DNA of 64,000 nt, from positions 10,478,001 to 10,542,000 of the forward strand of contig OZ287749.1 in assembly GCA_965649765.1 (NCBI GenBank), in the 5' to 3' direction. Below are positions 53,129 through 64,000 of this stretch, piece by piece (positions within the stretch are counted from its first letter, which is position 1; every line of letters begins with the position of its first letter). The notes beneath the pieces are model-generated. The model was not told the origin of the DNA and did no database searches. It was given only the letters and a program-made list of their open reading frames with translations. The stretch is from Bispira polyomma (Eukaryota). The translations under genes were made by a program, and so were the position numbers.

Positions 53129-54233
53129 AGTAGTAGACCGGTATCGCCGGTAGACACCCCGGTTGGCTACGATAGACCCCGCGCTTTGCTTAATAGACCT
53201 CCCTATCTGCTATGGTGGACCCCGCGCTTTGCTCAGACAGAAGTTAAGAAGTCAAAAGCTGCAGTCAATTATTTATGGTAAACCCAACGCTCTGCTCGGT
53301 AGATACCCCCTTCAGCTATGATAAACCCCTCTTTCTAGAATTATGCTAAACGTTTCCACATCTGCTTACCTAAGTCAAGAAGTCAAGAATTATGCTAAAC
53401 ATTTACACATCTGCTTACCTAAGTCAAGAAGTCACTGTGAACGCTTTAAATCTTGTTTTATTAAACCACACGCTTTGCTCAGTAAGTGGTAAACCCAAAG
53501 CTCTACTCGATACCTCTGGATTTATTTTGTAAAAGTTGAAAAGTCAAGAGTCATTGAAGGGTTTACTGTATGCTTACCCAAGAAGTTAGTGTAAACGTTT
53601 TAAAACATTTAAAGGTTTTTGCCTTCCACAAGAAATTACAGGAAACAAAGTGTAAGACGTCAACAAGTCACAGAAGAAGGATTTGGTGTGAATTTTTATC
53701 TTCTAACATAAGTTTGGAAGTCAAGAAGTCACAGTGAAAACTGGGTAGAAGTTAATATTTCAGTTTTACGGAGTCAATAAGAGTCAATATCTTAAAAGTT
53801 AAATGAACCCAAACCTTGTAGCCAGACCTCCGCTAATGTCAAATTCTACAAATTCACCTCAGATTAAGCTCAAATTCTATAGATTTACCTCAGATTAAGC
53901 TCTAACCCTAGATCAAGGTTTACTTCACATTGAACATAGACCTCTCTCTCTAAATGTCAAAATTCTATAATTCCAACAATACAAATCTGTTTTTGAAGGT
54001 ATCTTTAGGTTAAATCATGTAACATTGAGTTTGTAAAGGGTAAAGTACTTTTCTACTGTAACATACTAACTTATGGGTGAATAAATGGGGTCTATTCAGT
54101 TCTATTGAAAATATTTATTATAAAAGGTTGTAGTATTTCTCATGTCTTTAGTGTTGCTAACATCTGTACACAATTGTGTTGAAGTAATTAAAACAACCAA
54201 GGAGTGATATTGTGTGTTTATTTATTAATACAG

Positions 54234-55525
54234 GACTATGGCTTCAATGTAAGTATTCTACTATTTTTCTAGTTTGGCATTATGATTGAATGATTTAACT
54301 AATATTGAGATAATTAATTTATAAATTATCAACAATTCTGTGTTATTGTTAATCTATATGCAGTTAGAGGATAAGAGTTTAAATGTAAGTATTCTAGGAT
54401 TCATCTATTTTGAACGATTAACATAAGGAGTGAGTATAGATACAATGTGAATTAATTCATGATTTACTATTCTAATTTAGGGTGTTAATATTTTAGGAAA
54501 AGAATAAAATAGTGATGACGGGGAAGATAATTCTAACAATAGGAAAGGTGGAAAAAAACCAAAAAGGTAATAGTTTGTTGTCTTGTTTTTGAGGGGTGGT
54601 TGAGATATTCTTGTAACGTTTTCACATATATATTGGTGAATATTTCAGTGATATACATAAATATACATTACTACAACTACAACCAAACAAAGGTGTATTG
54701 TATAATATATGAACACCGTATATACAACATATACTATATATGGACATATGATGTCTATAACGTTCACAAACATTAGACATTACAAAATAGTTGGGATTTT
54801 ATATATAATATCAATCAGTTGGTAAATTATAATGTAAATAGCTAACATAAGAAAATGTTAATTTTGACAGCTCCCTCTTTGATGATGATTATTCTGAGGA
54901 GGAAGAGGAGGACTCTGACTCAGATTTGACGTTAGTAGAGTCTTTTACAGCTCTAAAGCCTCCTTCTAAAATGGGAAAAACGACTAAACCAAAAGGAAGA
55001 GGGAAGACACCTGCGGTTCATCTATTAGCGAGGATGGCAGAAGCTATCGAACCACCAACCAGACTGACCACTGGCACCTGCAATATACAAGAGGAACCAC
55101 AACCCTGTCAATCTACGACAGTGTCAAGTACTACACCAACAAGGTAAGGATATATATGTAGTATTAATTCATCCAACTAGCACAGAGTGACTATGTATAT
55201 TTTCTATATAATTTATACATATATACTGTTGGTCTATATAAATAGCAATACAATATATACAATCTAGTAATATATGTATATTTCTATATAATTAATACAT
55301 ATATACTGTTGATCTATATAAAACTTATGATACAATATATGTTTATATACAATCTAGTAATGATTAAAAGATATTACAAAAAAATTTGTGTTTAGCACTT
55401 TCGTGGAAAGGATTAACGATGACCTTAGTCTACAAAGAGATTATGATGAAGGAGAGACAACTCTTCTAGTGTGTTACAGGACAGATGAAACGTTTAAAAC
55501 ATTTACTGTTTTTCTCTTTTATTAA
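54234..55525 (+). CDS. Putative spliced acidic/disordered accessory gene; exons 54234-54248, 54364-54384, 54497-54566, 54871-55143, 55396-55525; one frameshift needed
   Basis: All candidate introns are GT-AG; SLFDDDYSEEEEEDSDSD..KTTKPKGRGK; the last two exons are phase-compatible. Confidence 0.5.
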
Positions 55526-55960
55526 TGAAAAATAAATAGTACTCTTAATAATGTTACATATATAGTAGTCTACATATTTTAACTGATTAGCATTTTGTTG
55601 GGTTTTTTTTTTTGGTGGTGGTGTTGAAACGTTTAAAACATTTACTGCTTTTTTCTTCTTTTATTAATGAACTATATTAATGAACTATAAATAGTACTCT
55701 TAATGTTACATATAGTAGTCTGCATATCAACCGATTAGCATTAATGATTGATATAGTGATTTATATCATATTTGTAATAAACTTTTAACCAATTTAGTAT
55801 TAATGATTGATTATAGGTTTATATCACGTTGTACATGATTTGTTCTTTGAATAAATTTGTGGATGAATTTATGTCTTATATATTTCTGGAATGCATTAAG
55901 TTTGGAGTTCATAACTGATTATCAATAAACATTGCATACATACATACATACTCACCTATA

Positions 55961-57694
55961 TTATAGGTCTGTCTCTTGACTGCCATAGCTCATATTTTCT
56001 AGGAATATGGGGCTTGTCTCCCTCCTTCTCCTGATTCTCTTTGAGAGACATTTCAGAAGACAGATAGTGGCCACCACACTGATTATAATTGTCGCCACAC
56101 CAAAGCCACAACCAATTCCAATAATCATCTTTTTATCTATAAGACAACAAACAATCATTTCTCAGGAAATTCCTATAACCTATAGCATCAGATTCTGTTT
56201 ATGACATATTATCTTAATCATAGAAAAGTTTGAAACCTTTAACCTATAGCATCAGATTCTGTTTATGACAGATTATCTTAATTATAGAAAAGTTTGAAAC
56301 ATACATAACTATACTTAACAGTACCAGCATCTGATCTTGGTAACTCTGTTGAGGGCATTGTGTATATGACAACATTATTCATATTAAAGTTTGAAATAAA
56401 AATCACATCCAAACTATAAACACTAATACTTGATTTAGCAAATTCTCTTGAGGACGTTGTGTATATGACAGCGTTGCTCATATTAAGTTTGAAATATACT
56501 TACCAATACTGGAGTCTGACCCAGGTGACTCTGTAGAGGACGTTGACGTAGTGCTAATTGTCGTCTTAATAGACATTTGTGTTGTGGTAGGTCAAGGAAT
56601 AATACTCTTTTCTTTCCCTATGAATAGAATACTTTCATTATTCATTCAACTTTACTTAGTTTGGTGGTAATATTATAACAGTACATTCACTTACCACAGA
56701 ATTATTTGATCTTATCTTCTACCTATTATTTAACTATATACATCTCTCTTATAACCTTTTAGAAGTTAAGTTTGTGCAAGTAATACACAATGCAAATAAT
56801 TATCTTGGAATTGTCTGGTTTGAATGTAGTTATGTTAACACAAGACTTGGGATAACTTGAACTCTCTATGACTGTTATGGGTATAAAACTATCAAAGCTG
56901 CTATTCTATTAACAACCACAGACATTTAGTTGTTGTCTAGAGTCAGCTTGTCAAAAAAAAAAGTTATAGTATTATTACTATGATCTAGAGTTGAGATAAT
57001 CATTGACATTGTAGTCCGTTGTTGGGTTGGCTGGGTTGAGTTCTGTACAGTTGATGACTGGGTAGTCTGTACAGTTGATGGTGGGGTGGTCTGTACAGTT
57101 GACGGTGAGGTGGTCTGTACAGTTGATTTGGGTGAATTAACCCTTTGAGTGGTTTGTACAGTTGGTTTGGCTAATGACATTGTACTGCCTAGGTCCACAG
57201 TTGAAAGAGCTTTGTAAGATTAAGAATACATATATTAATTGTTGATGGGTGTGGGAGCTGTATCTTGTGAGGTATATTGACGTTAAGTTAGTGTTTTTTT
57301 TTGTTGTTTAAAAGAGTTAAGTTCAATATACAGTTGTGTATACACTAGACTACTTAACATAATAATAACTAACTTACCTGGACAGCGAGTGAAAGTAATG
57401 CTGTAGTCTACCATTTTTGTACACCAAGGTACAATTTATGTCGACAGTCCAATCACCTGAGAAAATCTCAAGGTTGGTGAATTGATCCACGAAATCCAAC
57501 CCAGTTACATATGAGTTGGTGATGAAGAAATATCTCACTTTTTCTGGGTGTTCCATATCCATTTTTGGTTGCCCAAAGATATTATTACAGTTTATTTGTT
57601 TTTCCAAACACATGCATTTATCTTCAGCAATACAATCATTCGCTAACACACTTGTGCAAGCAGTCAAACATACTAATGTGATTAGTATAAACAT
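55961..57694 (-). pseudogene. Spliced type I membrane protein: signal peptide, LRRNT/LRR-like domain, S/T mucin stalk, TM, tail ending ETDL; disrupted as assembled
   Basis: Exon 57694-57378 (GTAAGT donor); stalk from 57209 with STVQTT repeats; stalk end at 56504 (GTAAGT); TM exon 56136-55961; needs a 1-nt correction near 57415 and has a stop at 56926. Confidence 0.65.
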
Positions 57695-58154
57695 TTTGCT
57701 TGATTTTTTCGATTTGCTTTGTATGTAATTCCTAAAACTTGACTTGACGCATTCACCCTCTCACAAGAACTAATCTAATCTGACACTGGAGTTTGTCTAT
57801 CTCTCCTGTGTAATGCTTAGCCAAAAAGGTTGCTTTTTTGGGTGGAGGTGGAGTTTGACTGATTGTTTTCTAAGATATCTGGTTCACATTAAAGTTGGCA
57901 AGGTAGCTATACCAACAGAAAGAAGAACACCATTCTTAACAGAATAATGCACATAAATCTACTAAAGCGAGGAAAAACTTGGATAGATATCTTACATGCA
58001 TAGTAATAACGATATTTCTTAGTCAGAACGTCTGCAATTAGAGAGATACTACCAGTTAGAGAAACAGGCTTAGACTTATATGTGAATGGTTGTATATATT
58101 TCATTTGTGTATGACTTCACACACTAAAGTTCTTGTACATTGTCTTCTGTTATG

Positions 58155-58645
58155 CATTAATGTAAAGATATATAATTTCACTGCATTCCTAATCACCCTC
58201 AAAGTTTTTACTCTCTCTTAAGTTGATCTAAGAGCACCACATAAAATAAATTCCATATTTGTCCTTTGTTAAATACATTACTGTAAAGATGTATGATTTC
58301 ACTACCTTCATAATCTAACAAATTTAGATGGTTTAAAGTTACCCTTTTCGTTTTTTAACACCAAATGAAATTATCCTCTGTTAAAGTACATTTCTGTAAA
58401 GATGTATAATTTCACTACCTTCATAATCTAACAACTTTAAATGGTTTAAAGTTACCCTTTTTGATTTTTAACACCAAATAGAATTATCCTCTGTTAAAGT
58501 ACATTACTGTAAAGATGTATAATTTCACTACCTTTATAATCCAACAAATTTAGATGGTTTAAAGTTATCCCATTTGATTTTTTTACACCAAATAAAATTG
58601 TCCTCTGTTAAAATACATTACTGCAAAGATGTATAATTCACTCTA
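58155..58645. repeat. 113-bp tandem repeat, ~4 copies
   Basis: TACATTACTGTAAAGATGTATAATTTCACTACC at ~58274, 58387, 58500, 58614, with a degenerate copy at ~58155. Confidence 0.9.
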
Positions 58646-59315
58646 TTCTTTATGTAATGCATCTCTGATAGTTAGTAATTTAGGACTTGGTTTTGTTTCA
58701 TTAAAATTTAGATGACCTCAGTGAACTTAAACAACTATATAGTTAGCACACATGTATTCTTTCTTAGTACATATTCATAAAGGTGTGTTTTGTATGAAAG
58801 TTCTTATAAATAGTAATCTTAAAGTTTGTCCTCTGTATGAACTAATCTCCAGTAGGGACTGTCCTCTTGTTGTAAGTGTGTCCTCTATGTATTAATCAGT
58901 TATTTAGTATGAGTGGGTCCATTCTCTCCTTGGTTTGGTTGACAAGGTTTTAACAAACTGATTGACAAGCTTGTGTGTGTGTGTGTATATTCATTTAACA
59001 GGACCTCTTTAGACAGGGTTTACAAGGTTTCAACAACAAATCAATTTGTAAAGTCGTCCTTTATGTATGAGGTCATTTATGTTGTGACTTTACATTATAA
59101 AACAAGAAGTTTCTTATAGAACAAGTGTTAACTGGAAATTATTGTGTAGTCGAACAGGTTATTATATGTGTGCAGAAGGAAAGGATTTATTCTTTACTAA
59201 AATATTAAAGTAAGTATTATTTAACTTGACTGTTATAAAGTTCTCTGTAGTATTGTATAGTTTGTTATGATGTTAAATATGTCAATGTATTAATAATACA
59301 TTGTCACAGGATTAC

Positions 59316-59433
59316 TGAAAACATCATGTATTCTTATTATGAAAATATTCATGTTATTGTATACTAATACATATATTTGTATAAGTAATACAACAATATG
59401 AATAACATCATAATAAGATACATGATGTTTTCA
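59316..59433. other. Long imperfect inverted repeat (hairpin 1)
   Basis: TGAAAACATCATGTAT...ATACATGATGTTTTCA with pairing continuing inward. Confidence 0.85.
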
Positions 59434-59475
59434 CTTTCATCTATTGCTGACACTCTGCTATTTTGTTTGTTATAG

Positions 59476-59626
59476 ATGACACAGAATTATGCTCCTCTAA
59501 CAGTTTTAGAAAGGCAAGAGCTTCAAAACCAACCAAATGCACCTATGATAGAAGAGTGGGCCAAAGTTATCTAATATATCTAATCATCCTGAGGTGCTTC
59601 AAAAGATTGTTGATGAAGTTAGAGAG
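59476..59626 (+). pseudogene. Putative accessory-gene exon disrupted by a short ATCTAAT duplication
   Basis: TTGTTATAG|ATG; MTQNYAPLTVLERQELQNQPNAPMIEEWAKVI-SNHPEVLQKIVDEVRE, then a GT donor. Confidence 0.4.
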
Positions 59627-60382
59627 GTAGGTAACAAATATTTACTTTATTTGTAGAAAGAAAAAGTACAAAAGTATGAGATTCTTTCCTTGAACCTGAA
59701 ATTACCTTTAAACAGAGTTACAAGTTTAACAGTCATATATTATTAAAATAAATTACTATGTAACTGTACATAGTATTAATAACTTCACATGTGGTCTATT
59801 TGACACATTCTTGTTTAAAACAGTATTAGTAGTAGATTCAAGAAGTCAGAATATTTAATTAAGAATTACTGGAATGTATTAAATCTTGATAATAGAATTA
59901 ACAGTATTGTTTGGTGGAATTATACTTAACACTAACTGTAACTTTAACATTCTGATACTTTAGATTTAGTTTGATTTATTATTACTAAGTAAAATTACAT
60001 TAATTAATTACATTAACTTGCATATATCATAACACATCTTGGTAAAAAAAAATCAACTATATAATTCCTCTGTTTACAAAAATCACCGAAAAAATATCAA
60101 TAATTAATAATAATAACAGTAATATTAACAAAAAACAAAACCACACAATCACAGCATAATAACAGTAATAATAAAATAAACTCGTAAGGGTGTTTTCTAC
60201 TGAATTACAGTATAATAACAGTAATATAAATAATCACATAAGTTGTTTGTCTACCTAATCACAGTGCATTAACAATATAATAATCACATAAGGGTTCCAC
60301 AGATAATATGTATTTACTACATCACAGTTAAACTTAACTAATAACTAAGTACCTGAATCAGAATCTAATTAGAGGTACTGCA

Positions 60383-61931
60383 TTAATATATAGTTGTTAT
60401 AATAGAATCCATTGAGTTGGTCCTATAGGACAGTCCTTTAAAGGAAACATCCTTGTCCACTTTGTAATGGGTGGTAGGTCCTGGTTTCGAACCTGGTTTC
60501 AGAGGGTTCAGTAGTGTTTTTGGACCTCGTCTGGACTCCACTGCTCCCCCGACTGCTCCTTTCACTTCGTCATTTGCCTTTACCTTTGGGATAGTTCTGT
60601 ATATTGAAACACCAAATATTAGCTAGTTTTAGTTGAAGTTGAAGGAATACAAGATATTTAACAGGTTAACATTATAAAGTTAAGTTAATGTGATCTCTTA
60701 CTAACCTCCACTAATTATTATTTAGAAGCATTTTATCTATACTTCCACTTCTCCTATTATATGTGAGGGAGATACTAGAGTGTTGGTATGCCTTGGTTTT
60801 TTTCAGGATGTTACTACTACTAGTTCATTTACTCAGATTAACATTTACTTCTACTTCTAAGATATTTAACCTGTACTAAATATTATTTATTTATTTACTA
60901 GTATTGTATCTATACTTCCACTTATCAATTATATGTAAGACTACTACTACCACTAGTACATTTACTCAGATTAATATTTCACTTGTACTTAAACAATAGT
61001 TAACCATTTATTTTTAACATATATACTAACCCTGGGTTAAGTTCTCTTGGTTTTAGAGGGGCGGGTCGCTTGGATCCCTGGGTGATGTAGTGCTCTGGTG
61101 TCCTTAACTCTTCTTGAGGTAGATCCGGTGTAACAACATGTCTTGTAAGTCTTGGAAGTCCAGACAGTCTTGAATTTCCTCTGTAATTCAAAATAAAGGA
61201 ATTAAATACATGGATATATATATATATTATATTTTACATTGATATTAGTTTAGGGTGTATTCTAATGCCTAATTTAATTAACCTAGTAATAATAAGTGAC
61301 ACTACTTACCACTAAATTAAAAATTAAAAGTCTTGTGCACTTGACAGATTCCTATATCTGAATCAACATCACATTTATTTGGATATTAATAATAAGAAGT
61401 ACTATACCTTTCTGGGTCTTGTCCTGATGCTGATCCACTATGATTCCTCCAGCACATACGTTCTTGTTTCCGGAGATAGTTTACTGTTCTTCTGATACCT
61501 TCAATCATAATACCCACATATGTGGCAATCAGCAATCCAACTGTCACCCAATTTGGGACGTTGTCATCGTCATTTGTTATGTCTGTATTTTCTTCTTTCT
61601 CTGGTAATTCAACTTTTACCCCGGTAAGTCCGTTACAACCGCCATACATGGTTACTTGTATCCCGATTGGGCAGTTCACAGTTACTGTATTAATAAAATT
61701 CATAGATTCCAAGTTTGGAAAGGCATTCACCAGTTTACTAACATCTACTATGCTGTCCTTAAACACTGCGTGGATAAATCTAACTGACACCGAGTACACT
61801 GTTTTTAAATCAACATTGTCACACTCGACCCTCGATAGTCCGCAACTGCATCCACTTGGGCATCCCCACACATTAACACAAAACATCAACACTATTATAA
61901 CCACAACTAATTCTAGAGATCTGCACTTCAT
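60383..61931 (-). CDS. Three-exon, 295-aa type I membrane protein with an LRRNT-capped ectodomain (exons 61931-61408, 61180-61031, 60596-60383)
   Basis: Signal peptide, CPSGCSCGLSRVEC, LRR-like AFPNLESMNF, TM WVTVGLLIATYVGIMI; both introns GT-AG and phase 2; 524+150+214=888 nt with no internal stop. Confidence 0.78.
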
Positions 61932-62147
61932 CTTGTTTGTATTTACTTATTATTCCTTGATTTAACTTTCGTCCTACAAAATAACGCACAAAATAACCAC
62001 GCTTTCCACAAGTTTTGGTTCATACTAAATTTTCTGCGTACAATAACTGAATATAAACCGGATTATAAGAGTTATCGACAAACTTTGCAGGTTTTCTTGC
62101 TAAATAAAGTACTTGTGTAAAATAATGAGGTAAACATAAAATGTTAT

Positions 62148-62215
62148 ATTGACTATTGTTGTATTACTTATACATATACAGATTATAATGTATAAGTAAT
62201 ACAACAATAGTCAAT
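62148..62215. other. 28-bp perfect inverted repeat (hairpin 2) in a probable leader intron of the PolB gene (donor 62130, acceptor 62256)
   Basis: ATTGACTATTGTTGTATTACTTATACAT-N12-ATGTATAAGTAATACAACAATAGTCAAT. Confidence 0.88.
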
Positions 62216-62256
62216 TTAAACATTTTACATTTACCACCTTCTTTTTATTTTAATAG

Positions 62257-64000
62257 ATGATGAAGAGTTATTCGACTGCTGACCAATTCCAAGAACGTTT
62301 AGGACAGACACAGAGTAACAATACACCTTCAAATATAGAAGAGGTGATAAAGCTGCATTGGAACTGTACAAAGTGTGGGTTGACTCTACACCAACAACAG
62401 AAATGGAAGAAACATCAACAAAGCTGTCAAGGTTTATTGTGTGTTCTAAATAAGAAATTTCAGTGTGGGTATTGTTTAAAACTCTGAAATCTAGTTTAAA
62501 GAGACATTCTTTAAAATGTAAAGGAATTGAAACTGAGAAGGTTTTATTTACATGTAAGAAATGTAAAAAGTCGTACATATCAAAGGTTCATTACACAAAG
62601 CATATAAAAATCTGTAGTAAACCAAACACAGATCCAACTATTTACAGGTGTAGTTTGTGTAATGAGCAATTCCTAAGCAGGTCCTATCTATACTTGCATA
62701 GGATAAATCAACATGGTGGTGGTGACACTAATAGATCTGAAGATTCTGATTCTAGTGAATTTCAGTTGCATTCTCCACCATGGTTGAACGAACATGGTGA
62801 AAATATTGATCCTGAATTGCAAAAGATTTATGATTCAAATCCTGCTCACATATTAGCTCCACACCAAACAGAGGGTGTAGTAAAAAAATACAATTTTCCA
62901 ACAGAGAATTTAGATGGAGGTGTGGATGAGATAATGAAACATATAGAACACATTATAAAAGAACAAAACAAAGCTTTCAAGATTAATATTAATTTAGGGT
63001 TTATTTTAAAAAACAAACGTACTGGTGAGTACAGATATTATGTTCTATATGCCAATTCCTATCTATTTCCAAAACCTTACACTATAACTAGAACGACAAG
63101 TTTAAGAGCTTTAAAAAACAAATTAAAGAAGTTAAATCCTACTGAATATATTATGAACAATCGACCTAATAGTAGGTATGTCCCTGTTTTTATCACTAAC
63201 CTACAACTAGATGTTGCCTTGTTAGATTATGTTTTAGGGAAATCTGTAGAAGTTCCTGACTTTGTAAAAAGATGTAAAAGTGTATTCACTTTCCTCACAT
63301 CCCCTAAGTCTGGAAAAACATATTCTGATAATTTGTGTTTCTTTCGCTGTTTAGCTTGTCATGAGTTGAAATCTAAATACTCGATTGACATTTTAGCCAG
63401 AACTAAATTTGAGGAGTGGATTGATTTTACTGGTAGAAATGTGAAAGATTTTAAGGGTGTAACTTTAGATGATTTACCTGATTTAGAACAGTGTTTTCAG
63501 GTTAATATTTCTGTATTTCAATTATTAGAAAATTCTTGTGTTTTAACACATTATACTTCTTCCTGTGATTTTGGAACTTCTCTTTTTTTAGATAAACAAG
63601 AAGGTCATCTGTCTTATGTAACCAATCTGAACTTGTATGCAAAAAAGTATCAATGCTCAAAATGTGAAAGATGTTTTAAACAACGTTCTTACCTTTCAAA
63701 ACATTTCAGACACTGCTCAAATGTGACAAAATTAATATTTCCAGGTGGGTTTTATAGATCTAGTGAGAACGTATTTCAAGAACTCGAAAAGTATAACATT
63801 TTGATTCCTTTGAAAGATAGATTCTTTCCATATTTTATTACTTATGAGTTTGAGGCAATTCTTCAAAAGCAAACTGAGCAATCTTTTGGGCAAAGAAAAC
63901 TATCTTGGAAAGAACAACATATACCAATATCAGTTGGGGTATGGTCAAATGTAGACACTTTTGAAACTTGTAAATGTTTTGTTGATATTAATCTTGACGA
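62257..64000 (+). CDS. Polinton-type protein-primed family B DNA polymerase, N-terminal part (zinc fingers, OTU-like region, start of exonuclease); one frameshift near 62480; incomplete
   Basis: Frame open from 62454 to the window end (absent from the ORF track): FKININLGFILKNKRTGEYRYY, YSDNLCFFRCLACH, FKGVTLDDL..LE..FQVNI, HLSYV, CSKCERCF..H..C, FPGGFY, FPYFITYEFE, HIPISVGVWSNV. Confidence 0.8.

Larger units (their letters stand above)
53129..64000 (+). mobile_element. Polinton/Maverick (adintovirus-like) element, left arm; continues past the window
   Basis: Starts AGTAGTAGAC exactly where the Harbinger frame breaks; ~800 bp of repeat-rich TIR-like sequence; pPolB-like ORF at 62257+; right TIR, integrase and capsid genes not in the window. 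Confidence 0.72.

Noticed and set aside
55961-61931. LRR membrane proteins as true VLR or Toll-like receptors
   Set aside because: No multi-LRR array, no TIR domain and no cassette array; the resemblance is architectural only
61522-62578. ORFs 61522-61965 (+) and 62231-62578 (-)
   Set aside because: Antisense to better-supported genes (LRRNT protein and PolB)

Overview
AT-rich, repeat-dense animal genomic DNA. It is probably from a lophotrochozoan such as a mollusc, inferred from the repeat families. Host genes: five coding exons of ZFPL1 (+, 6806-15721; the first coding exon was not found and is probably upstream of the window) and a putative ~120-aa three-TM gene (-, 40953-25457). Most of the rest is mobile DNA: a Gypsy 3' fragment, two decayed L2/CR1 LINEs, an intron-containing pogo transposon, hAT- and Harbinger-type MITEs, Helentron-like elements carrying satellite arrays, and a CR1/RTE-like LINE interrupted by a full-length L1/Tx1 element with a 14-bp TSD. 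Two systems stand out. (1) The L1/Tx1 ORF1 is fused to an IMPACT/UPF0029-like domain. (2) From 53129 to the window end lies what looks like the left arm of a Polinton/Maverick: an AGTAGT terminus and a zinc-finger/OTU-like protein-primed PolB. It carries spliced accessory genes absent from the ORF track, including two LRRNT-capped type I membrane proteins (one intact over 3 exons, one with a mucin stalk and a PDZ-binding C-terminus), and two hairpins sharing an identical 21-nt arm. All calls come from manual reading; no searches were run.
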